Assembly (NCBI RefSeq): GCF_044704955.1
Contig: NC_091985.1
Span: 147,622,001-147,686,000 of the forward strand
Direction of reading: 5' to 3'
DNA length: 64,000 nucleotides
From: Pristiophorus japonicus
Lineage: Eukaryota
Under the pieces are notes generated by a model. That model did not search any database and was not told where the DNA came from. It was given only the letters and a program-made list of their open reading frames with translations. Shown here piece after piece: positions 12,680 to 25,312 of this stretch (its first letter is position 1; every line of letters starts with the position of its first letter). The position numbers and the translations under genes are program-made.

Positions 12680-13045
12680 TTATATTTATATAGCGCCTTT
12701 CACGACCACCAGGCATCTCAACGCACTTTACAGCCAATGAAGTACTTTTGGAGTGTAGTCACTTTTGTAATGTGGGAAACACGGCATTGTGATAAACAAC
12801 AATGTAATATTGACTAGATAATCTGTTTTTGTTATGTTGATTGTGGGGTAAATATTGGCCAGGACACCGAGGATAACTCCCCTGCTGCTCTTCAGAATAG
12901 TGTCATGGGATCTTTTACAGCCACCTGAGGGGGCAGGCGGGGCTTCGGGTTAACGTCTCATCCGAAAGACAGCACCTCTAACAGTGTAGCACTCCCTCAG
13001 TACTGCACTCGAGTGTCAGCCTAGATTTATGTGCTCAAGTCCCGA
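12680..13045 (-). mobile_element. Deu-domain tRNA SINE
   Basis: Antisense tail atttatatagcgcctttcacgacc and core cagcactccctcagtactgcact. Confidence 0.8.
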
Positions 13046-13089
13046 GAGCTGACATTAATTCTTGCACATTACCACTGTAGTTCGAGCGC

Positions 13090-14530
13090 TGATCAAACTT
13101 CACTTGGAATAGTATGTTCAGTCTGGGCACCACACCTCAGTGAAAGCCAGCACAAAGGGACTTGCGTTACGACAAGATCGAGTAACATTTGGGTTAAGTT
13201 GGTCAAGGAGAGATCTGATGGAGGTGTTTCAAATAATGAAGGGAATTGAGGGTAGGTGGGGAACATCTCTTCCCTCTAGTTGTGGAATCCAGAAAGATGG
13301 TGCAGAATCAGAACTAGAACTAAGCTGGTTAAATCAACAAGGAACAGCATTCCTTCACAAAAAGGATTAGGAGCGTGGAGAAGGCACTGTTCCTAAAGGC
13401 CATAGATGCAGAATTAATTGAGGCATTTAAAAATGGAGAGAGAGAGACTGTTATTTATGCAAACTTTATAATTGTGTAAGACTTGCAACCAGGGGGCGCA
13501 CCTGTTGGAGACTCAAGGGTCACCTGCACACCCCGTGCAAGCAAGTATAAAAGGTTGTCTGCCACGCTGCTTCAGCACTCTGGAGTTTGATTAAAGAGAC
13601 GAAGATCACATCAGTTTGAGCTTACAGCATACAGTCTTGTAGAGTTATTCTGAACATAACAGAGACTTATTGGAAAGTATGAGAATTAAAAGGCAAGGAA
13701 CTGGAAGAAGAAAAGAGCAGTCATGCCCAACACATGACAGAGCAGGCTTTAGGGCCTACTCGTGTCTGAAATGGGCACACACAATTTAATGTGGATAAGT
13801 GTGAAGTGATGCACTTTGGGAGGATCAACATGGAAAGGCAGTATAATCTAAATGGTGCTATTTTGAGGCATGTGCCAGAGCCAGAGGGACCCGGGGGTGC
13901 TTATTCACAAATCTTTGAAGGTGACAGGACACGTTGAGAAGGCAGTTAAGAAAGCATATCTCACTAGGCTTTGTAACTCGGGATATTGAATTAAAAAGAC
14001 GAAGTTATGCTAAACCTTTACAAATCACTGGTTAGGCCTCAGCTGGAGTAGTGTACACAATTCTGGGCACCATACTTTAGGAAGGATGTCAAGCCCTTGG
14101 AGAGGGCACAGATGAGGGTCACCAGGATGATACCAGGGGGATGAGGGACTTCAGTTATGTCGAGAGATTGGTGAAGCCGGGATTGTTCCCCTTAGAGCAG
14201 AGAAGGGAGATCTAATCGAAGTATTCAAAATTATGATGGGGTTTCAATAGAGCAAGTAGGGAGAAACGGTTTCCTCTGGCAACTGGGTCGGAAACCAGCG
14301 GAAACAGATTTAAAATAATTAGCAAAAGAACTAAAGGGAAACTGCACTCTGAATGGGTGGTGGAATCAGATTCCATAGGAACTTTGAAAAGGCAGTTGGA
14401 CATGTACCTGAAGTGGACTCATTTACAGGGTTATGGGGGGAAAGCTGGGGCATGGGACTAAATTGGATAGCTCTTTCAAAGAGACAGCACAGGCAAGGTA
14501 GGCCAAATGGCCTCCTTCTGTGCTGCAAGA
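13090..14530 (+). mobile_element. Old CR1 fragments (at least two), the first split by a solo LTR
   Basis: gttcagtctgggcaccacacctcag; ataagtgtgaagtgatgcactttggg; aggcctcagctggagtagtgt..ttctgggcacc. Confidence 0.65.
13449..13661 (+). mobile_element. Solo LTR (213 bp)
   Basis: Termini TGTTAT...ATAACA, perfect 5-bp TSD GAGAC (13444-13448 and 13662-13666), TATAAAA at ~13546, ATTAAA at ~13590. Confidence 0.9.
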
Positions 14531-15137
14531 TCCAATGATTCTCTTGTCTTTGTGCTCCGTGACAGAAACAACAAAAGGGAGTGAAAACCTGATCACTGCA
14601 GCAATAAACCCAGTTGGTGGGTTTACTCCAGAGGTTATTACCGAGCAATACTCTGTCAAATTAGTCCCTTTCCAGAGGGTATTCTTGTCTTATTCTCTAC
14701 AGCACATGTATACAGAACGTGCGCACCAGTAGCTCTACTTGCTGATGTAGAATAGAATGCACCTGTGTGGCATCCATAAGCTTGGCCAGTGGAGAATCAG
14801 AGGATCTAATTCCAGTACAGGTTCAGAGGCAGAGGGACCATTAGCAAAGCGGCATGTACACTGAAACAGGGCACTGGAACACTCCACTGACCCTTAACAC
14901 TATCTCTAAAGCTTCACATGCCGAATCTTTTATGCGGATATTTTTAACTGCCCCTTGCAGCCAGCATTAATTTTAAAACAGTTGTGGAAAATTTCTTCGA
15001 GAGGTCAAGACTCAAATCATCTTTCTGCCGTATTGAGAGAATGATCAGCAATTAAAAGCAAACACTGCAGCAAAGCATAGCTATCAGTCGGGAGAAAAAA
15101 GACGAGTGAGCGAGCGAGCGAAAGAGAGCAAACTAAC

Positions 15138-16482
15138 AAATGTTGGAATCAATCATTAAGGATGAAATAGCAGCGCATTTGGAAAGCAGTGACAGGATCA
15201 GTCCAAGTCAGCATGGATTTATGAAAGGGAAATCATGCTTGACGAATCTTCTGGAATTTTTTGAGGATGTAAATAGTAGAGTGGACAAAGGAGAACCAGT
15301 GGATGTGGTGTATTTGGACTTTCAAAAGGCTTTTGACAAGGTCCCGCACAAGAGATTGGTGTGCAAAATCAAAGCACATGGTACTGGGGGTAATGTATTG
15401 ACGTGGATAGAGAACTGGTTGGCAGACAGGAAGCAGAGTGTCGGGATAAACGGGTCCTTTTCAGAATGGCAGGCAGTGACTAGTGGGGTGCCACAGGGCT
15501 CAGTGCTGGGACTCCAGCTATTTACAATATACATCAATGATTTAGATGAAGGAATGGAGTGTAATATCTCCAAGTTTGCAGATGACACTAAATTAGGTGG
15601 CGGTGTGAGCTGTGAGGGGGACGCTAAGAGGTTGCAGGGTGACTTGGACAGGTTGGGTGAGTGGGCAAATGCATGGCAGATGCAATATAATTGGGCTAAA
15701 TGCGAGATTATCCATTTTGAGGGCAAAAACACGAAGGCAGATTAGGAAAAAGGGAGGTGCAACGAGACCTGGGTGTCATGGTTCATCAATCATTGAATGG
15801 TGGCATGCAAGTACAGCAGGCGGTGAAGGCAGCAAATGGTACGTTGGCCTTCATAGCTAGGGGGTGTGAGTATAGGAGCAGGGAGGTCTTACTGCAGTTG
15901 TACTGGGCCTTGGTGAGGCCTCATCTGGAATGGTGTGTTCAGTTTTGGTCTCCTAATCTGAGGAAGGACGTTCTTGCTATTGAGAGAGTGCAGCAAAGGT
16001 TCACCAGACTGATTCCAGGGATGGCTGGACTGTCATATGAGGACAGACTGGATCAACTGGGCCTTTATTCACTGGAGTTTAGAAGAATGAGAGGGGATCT
16101 CATAGAAACATACAAGATTCTGACGGGACTGGACAGGTTAGATGCGGGAAGAATGTTCCCGATGTTGGGGAAGTCCAGAACCAGGGGACATAGTCTTAGG
16201 ATAAGGGTTAGGCCATTTAGGACTGAGATGAGGAGAAACTTCTTCACTCAGAGTTGTTAACCTGTGGAATTCCCTACCGCAGAGAGTTGTTAATGCCAGT
16301 TCATTGGATATATTCAAGAGGGAGTTAGATATGGCCCTTACAGCTAAGGGGATCAAGGGGTATGGAGAGAAAGCAGGAAAGGAGTACTGAGGGAATGATC
16401 AGCCATGATCTTATTGAATGGTGGTGCAGGCTCGAAGGGCCAAATGGCCTACTCCTGCACCTATTTTCTACATTTCTATGTT
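15138..16482 (+). mobile_element. CR1 LINE, 5'-truncated, young family
   Basis: ORFs with QHGFMKGKSCLTNL, DFQKAFDKVPH, GVPQGSVLG, FADDTKL; tail tttctatg. Confidence 0.95.
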
Positions 16483-16489
16483 TGCATTG

Positions 16490-16835
16490 ATAGGACACCT
16501 TTCAATCTCAGGATGTCCCAAAATGCTTCACAGCCAATGAAGCATTTTCAAGGTGCAATCACTGTTGTAATGTAGGGAAATTCTGGAGCAAATATGCACA
16601 GCAAAATCCCATAAACAGCAATAAGATTATCTATTTTAGCGGTTGAGGGATAAATATTGCCCAGGAAACCAAGGAGAACTCCCCTGCTCTTCTTTGAAAT
16701 AGTGCCATAGGATGTAGGTCCACCCAAGAGATGCAAATGGAGCTTCAGGTTAACATCTCATCGAAAAGACGGCATCTCCAACAGTGCAGCACTCCTACAA
16801 TACTATACTAGGACTGTCAGCCTAGATTATGTGCC
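16490..16835 (-). mobile_element. Deu-domain tRNA SINE
   Basis: Antisense core gagggataaatattg..gaaatagtgccatag..cagtgcagcactcc. Confidence 0.75.
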
Positions 16836-17386
16836 TCTGACACCCTTTAAGATTTTTTAGTGAATCCTAATTTTTGAGCTAATTAGCACACTGTGCACTC
16901 TATGATTATAAATGTTTATATTCACATTTATAATGGAAACTGCCAATGTAAACTGGACAGGGCAGCTTGCTCCTCCACTGGTGGGAGGCTGTAGTTGCAG
17001 TGTGACAAGTTCACATAGGGAGTTGCCATTATAAATGTTGACATAGGATTTTATAATGCAGATATGAAACAAAGACAGAATGTGTGATTTTAAAGCAGGG
17101 ACAGAATTAGATTGGCACACAACTGTCTAATTATCCCCACCGCCAAAACTGACTCACGTGAAAAGCGCATATTCGGCCTGGACTCCGTGTGTAATGGATT
17201 AGGTATAAATATTGCATGCTGCTTTTCAATCCTCCTTTTGTGTCAGCATTTTTCTTTCCCCCTTCCTTATTCATTTATGTATTTACTAAATGCATTTGCA
17301 GAACTGCGGGCCACACAGCTGCTTTATTGCAGTGTTCTCAATTTCACTTTTGGCATCATCGGGTAACTTGACATTTCATTTACAAT

Positions 17387-18496
17387 ACCCTCAAATGAGG
17401 CCAACTCTGTAAGCAATAGATTCGAATCGAAACAGATTCCCGTGGGAATCCTGGAGACCACAGCCACTCAGGACATAATCACCCTCAATCTATTCAACTC
17501 TTCCTACATAAAATCTAGTGGTTCCGAGGCCTTCCTGCTCTTCGTGGGGTTTGATGTACAACAAACTCAGGCTGACGCGAATTTCCCAATCTCAATTTAA
17601 TGGTCTTGAAACTACAATTTCCCCAACTACTGTCGCTCAGACTTTACTAGGATGAGATTTAATGACTTTCTTCGAGTTTGCCGGTTATTAAACCGAGATA
17701 CTGTCTTTTGCATGAGGCATTAAGTGAAGGTCCCTGTCTGCCCTCGCAGATGGACGGAAAATATCCCATGGCACTATTTCGAAGATGAATAGGAGAGTTC
17801 TCCCCTGTGACCCATCACAAAAACAGATTATCTGGTCATTATCACATTGCTGTTTGTGGGACCTTGCTGTGTGCAAACTAGCTGCCACATTTCCTACATT
17901 ACAACAGTGACTACACTCCAAATTGGTTGTAAAGTGCTTTGGGACATCCCAAGGTCATGAAAGGCACTATATAAATCCAAGTCTTTCTTTTATTCCTTTA
18001 TCCAACTATCCAAATGAAATAGTCTCTCTCTCTCAAAACTAAGACCCCACTGTCTGGTGCCATTGAGCACATGAGCTGTGCACCAGCATCTAGCAAGAGG
18101 GTCTTCTGAACATAACACAGGAAATATGAGCAAGAAAGAAAAAGAAAGAAAAACTTGCATTTCACGACCACCAGACGTCTCAAAGCGCTTTACAGCCAAT
18201 AAAGTACTTTTGGAGTGTAATCACTGTTGTAACGCAAGAGTAGGCTATACTACTCCTCGAGCCTGCTCTGCCATTTAATAAGATCATGGCTGAACTTCTA
18301 TATCAACTCCACTTATCCCCATAACCCTGGATTTCCTTTGTGCCCAAGAATCTATTGATCTCACTCTTGAAAATACTCAACGGCTGAGCATCCACTGCCC
18401 TCTGGGATAGAGATTTCCAAAGGTGGCCTCCAGGATTCCCACAGGAATCTGTTTCAAGCCTCTTGCTGCTTAAGAGTTGGCTTCACTTGAGAGTAC
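17387..18496. repeat. ~75-bp inverted repeat pair (17387-17461 and 18422-18496)
   Basis: gaaacagattcccgtgggaatcctggagaccac versus gtggcctccaggattcccacaggaatctgtttc; similarity continues to gagttggc.tca.ttgag. Confidence 0.75.
17690..17990 (+). mobile_element. Deu-domain SINE (core and tail)
   Basis: atcccatggcactatttcgaag..aaacagattatctggtcattatcacattgc..aaggcactatataaat. Confidence 0.8.
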
Positions 18497-19522
18497 CCAG
18501 AGAAGGTTCGTTGGATCATCACCGCAACAAAACTCAGAAACTGCATGCAGCATTATTAGAGGCCCATTAACCACCATTGCCCAGAGGCTCCTTCTAATCC
18601 CACAGCACTGGACGCTGGCAAGGACCACTGCTGGGTAGGAGGCAGCCCCAAAGTTGCACTGCTGGGCAACCGCCCTCCCAACCCCAATGCTCAGAAGACC
18701 ATGGTCACAAACCTAACTCCCATTCCAGGCATCCAGAGCAACCTCCAAAAGCACCTGCCCCATCCCAACCTGACTGATCCCAACAGCAATTTGCAAGAGT
18801 TTCGAAATGAGAATCAGTACCAGAACTGTAGCTACATTTTATGGTTACAGATTGGAAATCCAACAACACACAACACACACAATCATCACTCTCAAGCAGG
18901 GACAGTTTGATAAAAAGTTTCACAGGGTAGCATGTCAATCTTTGGGCAAATTCCCATCCCACTTTAAACTTTGAATACAATGAAAAGCAGTCGCAAGCCC
19001 CAGCAACTGAAGTCCCCAGTGTCTGGTTTGCAAACAGTTACAAAGAGTCAGCCAAGCGAACAAAGTTTTCTAGGGCCGTAGCAAGTTAATCCAAATATCC
19101 TGCCAAGTTGTAAATGCTACATGACAGTACACAGACGGATAAACAGAGAGTGTGCAAAAATGGTCACTACGAGATGGAAAAACCATTGCAGAAAAAGCAA
19201 GGGAGTCATTTAGCAGCCACAAACCAGTGTTTACATTCCTAAATGGGCAAGTGTTAGGAAGATGCGCAGATTTCAAAAAGGTTTTTACTCTAGTTTAGTA
19301 CACCGGTGCATTTGATTAGAGTGTCTGAAGGACTTCCCTAATGGCCAAGCGAGTGCATTTTTGACTAGTGTGCCATTAAGGAATGCAGAAAAGAACAGCC
19401 TCAGGTTCAGCCCTTGGTTTGAACCGAGTTAGTTGAGCTCAGCTATTGGGGTAACAGCACAATGGGACAAGAGCCAGGGTCCAACTCAAGAGTTACTCAG
19501 TGACTCCTGCTGGAACATGCAA

Positions 19523-19765
19523 CATCATCATCATCACAGGCAGTCCCTCAAATCGAGGATGACTTGCTTCCACGTCAAAAAGTTCACAGGTGTCTTAATA
19601 AAATTCCAGGTCACAAACTAAATCTTCAAGGGTGGAAGATGCCTGTGCGTGGATTTTAAAAAAAAAAACATGTGGTGGCCATTGCACACCACATGGGCTT
19701 GACAGAGCTAGGTCTTGGTCCAGTGGCAAGGATTAACCAAGACGACTGGTGACCTGCTCTGCTGG
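19523..19765 (-). mobile_element. Bipartite RTE-derived non-autonomous element
   Basis: catcatcatc tail joined directly to RTE 5' UTR-like block ggtcttggtccagtggcaaggattaaccaagacgactgg. Confidence 0.8.
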
Positions 19766-20291
19766 AACATGCAAGTGGGCCAATGTTAGCACCTAGACTC
19801 ATGCACAAAGATGAACACTTGAGTGAGGTCCGGGCTGGGGGAGGGTCGTAGATCATGCAGAGGGGACTCCTAAGATTGGTTTTAAGGAGGGTCAAAGGAG
19901 GAGAGAGAGAGAGGTGAAGAGGTTTAGCAAGCAAATTCCAGACTGCAGGCCCAGGTAGCTGAAAGCACAGCCGGCAATGGTCGGGTGAAGGGAGAGGGGG
20001 ATGCACATGAGTCGGAGGAACACAGAGTTCAGGCGGGAAAAGGGAAGAGATAAGGAAAGACAGAGAAACAATTGAAACTGGTGCAGCTATAGATGGGAAA
20101 ACTGCAGAATTTCCAGACAGTTCTGACTGGGGTGAACACACTGGAACAATGTTATTCAATGCATAAAATCACAGCTAATCCAGAATGCTTCATACTCCTG
20201 GGTGTGTGTGGGAATGAGACTTAAAGTTGAGTAAGAACCCCGGGTAAACAGTAGACATTTACATTAAAAACTGGCAAATTTGATAAAGGAA

Positions 20292-21528
20292 CATTCAGTC
20301 CAAAAATGTTTCAAATTCCCAGGAGAACAGAAGGCCGAATTTAACAACCAGAATTTTGGCCGAATGGAGGAGACTAAAATTTGTTACATTTTTTGAAGAT
20401 CCTCTTCGAGACTGTCTTGCATGTGGATTTAGTTCAAATGTAATTTGATTGGGGGGGGGGGGGGGGGGGGGGTGGGGAGGAATATTTACTGGAAGCCCAA
20501 TGAATATTAACAAGAATACTGGACACTGCTTGAAACATGGAGGTCGAACAGGTTCCAAACAAGATGTTTTTGCTGTAGGAATATTAAAGGCAGATTCTTA
20601 TTTTTAATAAAATTGCAGAGGTCAGAGGTCAATGTAATGAGATTGGACACGAGTAGAAATAGAAACAGTTTCAGCATCACAGAAGACACAAAGGTTGTGG
20701 GAAAGGAACATAGGAACAGAAGGAGGCCATTCAGCCCCTCGAGCCTGCTCCGCCATTCAATGAGATCATGGCTGATCTGTACCTCAACTCCATTTACCCA
20801 CCTAATCTCCATATTTTTACCCAACAAAAATCTATCTTCTTCTTGAAAGCTCTAATTGTCCCAGCATCCAAAGCTTGTGTGTGGGGGTGGGCGGAAGCAG
20901 ATTTTACTCAAATCAGCGCAAAACCCAAACATCTAATTCAACCACAAAGAAGACATAATCGCTTAGAAATTCAATTTGACATGGGAAATTTTATAGAAGA
21001 AATTTTGAGATGTATAATATAATATCTTTGATCATAAGATCCCTTTTTCAGACCTTTTTAGTTGTCTGCCAATATAACAGTACAGCAGATGCCTTAATAA
21101 AGCTGGGCCTTGAATTCAATATTACAGTAAGATAATATTCATTGGGTTTCCAGTAAATATTTTTTTTCCCCCCTTCATCAAATTACATTTGAACTAAATC
21201 CACATGCAAGACAGTCTCGAAGAGGATCTTCAAAAAATGCAACAAATTTTAGTCTTCTCCATTCGGCCAAAATTCTGGTTGTTGTTAAATTCGGCCTTCT
21301 GTTGTTCTCTTGGGAATTTGAAACATTTTTGGACTGAATGTCATACACAGAACTGGTTGCTGCTTCATTGCGAAGATTGATGGTGTGTGTGAGAGACGCA
21401 TGGAGATCAAATGATCTTACTGTAGTATACAATTCAAGGCCCAGCTTTATTAAGGCATCTGCTGTACTGTTATATTGGCAGACAACTAAAAAGATCTGAA
21501 AAAGGGATATGATCAAAGATATTATATA
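20292..21528. repeat. Two interlocked inverted repeats: A 20292-20508 with A' 21133-21341; B' 21018-21133 with B 21413-21528
   Basis: Direct reverse-complement matches, e.g. ttttgaagatcctcttcgagactgtcttgcatgtggatttagttcaaatgtaatttgat versus 21178-21237, and gttgtctgccaatataacagtacagcagatgccttaataaagctgggccttgaatt versus 21431-21487. Confidence 0.9.
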
Positions 21529-21829
21529 AATATTGAGTATTTGATAATAGACTAAACACTACGCCTGGCTAAATTAAATGGAGAGCCTTTTCAAAATAGG
21601 TCATGAACTTTAAATAAAAGTATACTGAGCAGAAGAGATGATAGTGGCCACGGCAGCAAAGTGCCCTACTATGGACCATCGCCAATGTCCCCATGTTAAA
21701 GCCAAATGGAAGTATCAGCTGTGCATGCTTTTAGATGGATATTACATAGAATCTAAAATTCCATTTGATGTTTGATGTCTCCAAGATAAGAGGAGACTAA
21801 TTGATGTCCTATTTCTGACTGCTCCATTT

Positions 21830-22197
21830 TTGATCGGGCCGGAGGAGCAGTGAGATCAGGGCCCAGGAGCAGCAAGGGCCCCAAGGCAGCATGGGCCAAC
21901 CCACACTGCGATCTATGGATAGTAGGAGCATGCGTGCGGCGTTAGGACTGTGCAGCAGAGCTTGGTCTCCAGTCGTCTTGGTTAACCCTTGCCACTGGAT
22001 CAAGACCTAACTCTGTCAAGCCTGTGTGGTGGCTGGTGTGCAACGGCCACCACACATTAAAATAATCCATGCACAGGCATCTTCCACCCTTCAGTATGTA
22101 GTTCGGGACCTAGAATGTCAAGTCCCTCATTGAAACCTGTGAACTCTTCCTTTTTGGTGTTGAAGCAGGTCATCCTCGATATGAGGGTCTGCCTAAT
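21830..22197 (+). mobile_element. Bipartite RTE-derived non-autonomous element
   Basis: Same 5' UTR block (ggtctccagtcgtcttggttaacccttgccactggatcaagacc..gtgtggtggctggtgtgcaacggccaccacac) followed by RTE-type tail. Confidence 0.8.
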
Positions 22198-22889
22198 ACT
22201 AATACATAGAAACTGCAGCACAGTATCAGACCGTTTGGTCTATGCCGGTGTTTATACTTCATATAAGCCTCCTCCCACTAATTACCTCTTCTCCCCATAG
22301 CCCTCTATTCACTTCTCAAGCCTCCCCTTAAATGCAATGCTGTCTGCTTCAACCACGATGTTAACTGTGCTTTAAGAGGGTTAGACCTATCGCCATACAT
22401 TCAACACTGTTTGTTTGCTTACAGAATCCAAGTAAAGAACTGACTACAGATTCTAAGATATACCAGCTGTTGTAAGGCAAATTGCACGTAGTTGTATCTC
22501 AAACACAAAGTGGAGATAGTTACAGTAATTCCCACTAACTTAAAGATTAGCACAAGCACAAAAGAGAAGCAGAGTTTTAATTTCTTCCTTCCTTCCTCTC
22601 CTCACTCTCAGGGGAGCAAGGGAGAAGGGGTCATAGAATGTGTGCAATCACAGCAAGGAATTTCAGTGCTGTGAATGGTTCGTTTTATTTTTAAAATGTG
22701 GCCACTCTCAGAATCAGGCGCTCCCCAGACACATGAAGACTCCTACTCTGTTTCAACAGTTTGACTCCGCTCCAAACTCCTTGTTGGGGGTGGGGGTGGG
22801 GGGGAGGAGAGGAGGGTAGATAAAGTATACACTTTTTTGGTCCACTTACAGGGCAGCCATTAAATCTTTTAATATGTAGAATTTTAAAA

Positions 22890-23260
22890 CAGGAACAGGC
22901 CTTTTGGCACAACATGTCTATGCCAATATTTATGCTCCACATGAAATTCCTCCCATCCTTACTCATCTCACCCCATCAACACATGTACTTATCTAGCTTC
23001 CCCTTAAATGCATCTGTGCTATCACCTCCACCACTCCATATGGTAGCGAGATCCACATTCTCACCACTCTCTGGGTAAAGACATTTCTTATGAATTCCTA
23101 ACTGGATTTATTAGTGACTATCTTATATTTATGGGCCTTTGGTTTTGGATTGCTCCACAAGTGGAAACATCTTCTCCACATCTAAACCAACAAACCCTTC
23201 CATAAATTTTAAAAGACCTCTATCAGGTCACCTTGCAGTCTTCCATTTTCGAGAGAAAAG
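22890..23260 (-). mobile_element. Old CR1 3' fragment
   Basis: tccacattctcaccactctctgggtaaag..gtggaaacatcttctccacatcta, antisense CR1 3' end. Confidence 0.65.
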
Positions 23261-23309
23261 AGCCCCAGACTTACATCAACAATACACCACTAACTATATT
23301 GAAAGTAGG

Positions 23310-24806
23310 CCCCAGGGATTGTGGATGCATTGGTTGCAATTTACCAAAATTCCCTGGATTCTGGAGAGGTCCCAGCAGATTGGAAAACTGCAAATGTAAC
23401 ACCCCTATTTAAAAAAGGAGGCAGACAAAAAGCAGGAAACTATAGACCAGTTAGCCTAACATATGTGGTTGGGAAAATGTTGGAGTCTATTATTAAAGAA
23501 GCAGTAGCAGGACATTTGGAAAAGCAAGGTCAGGCAGAGTCAGCATGGATTTATAAAGGAGAAGTCATGTTTGACAAATTTGCTGGAGTTCTTTGAGGAT
23601 GTAACCTACAGGGTGGATAAAGGAGAAGCAGTGGATGTGCAGTAACCTTTTATGCGGCATTTGCCGCATAAAAGGTTACTGCACAAGATAAAAGTTCACG
23701 GGGTTGGGGGTAATATATTAGCATGGATAGAGGATTGGCTAACTAACAGAGAACAGAGAGTTGAGATAACCAGTTCATTCTCTGGTTAGTAACTAGTGGT
23801 GTGCCGCAGGGATCAGTGCTGGGACCCCAACTATTTACAATCTATAGTAACGACTTTGAAGAAGGGACGGAGTGTAATGTAGCCAAGTTTGCTGATGATA
23901 CAAAGATGGGAGGAAAAGCAATGTATGATGAAGACACAAAAAATCTGCAAAAGGACATAGACAGGCTAAGTGAGTGGGCAAAAATTTGGCAGATGGAGTA
24001 TAATGTTGGAAAGTGAGAGATCATGCACTTTGGCAGAAAAATTTAAGAGCAAGTTATTATTTAAATGGCGAAAGATTGCAAAGTGCTGCAGTAGAGGGAC
24101 CTGGGCATACTTGTGCATGAAACACAAAAGGATAGTATGCAGGTACAGCAAGTGATCAGGAAGGCCAATAAAATCTTGGCCTTCATTGCAAAGGGGATGG
24201 AGTATAAAAGCAGGGAAGTCTTGCAACAGCTATACAGGGTATTGGTGAGGCTACACCTGGAATACTGCGTGCAGTTTTGGTTTCCATATTTATGAAAGGA
24301 TATACTTGCTATGGAGGCAGTTCAGAGAAGGTTCACTCGGTTGATTCCGGAGATGAGGGGGTTGACTTATGAGGAAAGGTTGAATAGGTTAGGCCTCGAC
24401 TGTGGAATTCAGAAGAATGAGGATCTTATCAAAACGTATAAGGTTATGAGGGGGCTTGACAAGGTGGATGCAGAGAGGATGTTTCCACTGATGGGGGAGA
24501 CTAGAACTAGAGGGCATGATCTTAGAATAAGGGGCCGCCCATTTAAAACAGATGAGGAGAAATTTCTTCTCAGAGGGTTGTAAATCTGTGGAATTCACTG
24601 CCTCAGAGAGCTGTGGAAGCTGGGACATTGAATAAATTTAAGACAGAAATCGCGAGTTTCTTAAACGATAAGGGATAAGGGGTTATGGGGAGCGGGTGAA
24701 GAAATGGAGCTGAGTCCATGATCAGATCAGCCATGATCTTACTGAATAGCGGAGCAGGCTCGAGCGGCCGTCTGGCCTACCCCTGCTCCTATTTCTTATG
24801 TTCTTA
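23310..24806 (+). mobile_element. CR1 LINE, 5'-truncated, second family
   Basis: ORFs VPADWKTANVTPLFKKG..NYRPVSL, PQGSVLGP..FADDTK, HLEYCVQFW; tail tttcttatgttctt. Confidence 0.95.
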
Positions 24807-25024
24807 TTAAAGACCATGATTAACACTCCAGCCACTGAAGCACAATGAAATGGATTGTCTCCCACACACCAAAATGTTACCATTCAGATGTGGTACAGGT
24901 ATCGAAGGAGGCGAAGGTCGGTAATGAAAGTACATGAAGGGGAATGACAGGCATTTCCCGGTAACACTACGTTACCCCATTAGGATGGTCCAATGGCTCA
25001 GAAAATATGGGAATATGGGCAATA

Positions 25025-25312
25025 AATTCTGACCATTGGCAGCTATGCCTTTAGTTGCTCAAACCCCAAGCTCTGGAATTCCCACCCTAAACCCCTCTCT
25101 CCTCCTTTAAGATGCTCTTTAAAACCTAAAACACCTCTCCTCCTTTAAGATGCTCCTTGAAACCTACCTCTTTGTCCAAGATTTTGGTCATCTGTCTTAA
25201 TATCGCCATATGTGGGTCGGTGTCAAATTTTGACCAATAACGCTCCTGTAAAGCACCTTGGCCTATTTTACGATGTTAAAGGCACTATATAAATGCAAGT
25301 TGTTATTGTTGA
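25025..25312 (+). mobile_element. L2 LINE 3' end
   Basis: aagctctggaattcc..tttaagatgctccttgaaacctacctcttt..aaaggcactatataaatgcaagttgtt. Confidence 0.8.

Noticed and set aside
25085-25168. Short tandem duplication inside an L2 tail
   Set aside because: An ordinary ~38-bp slippage duplication with no sign of function.
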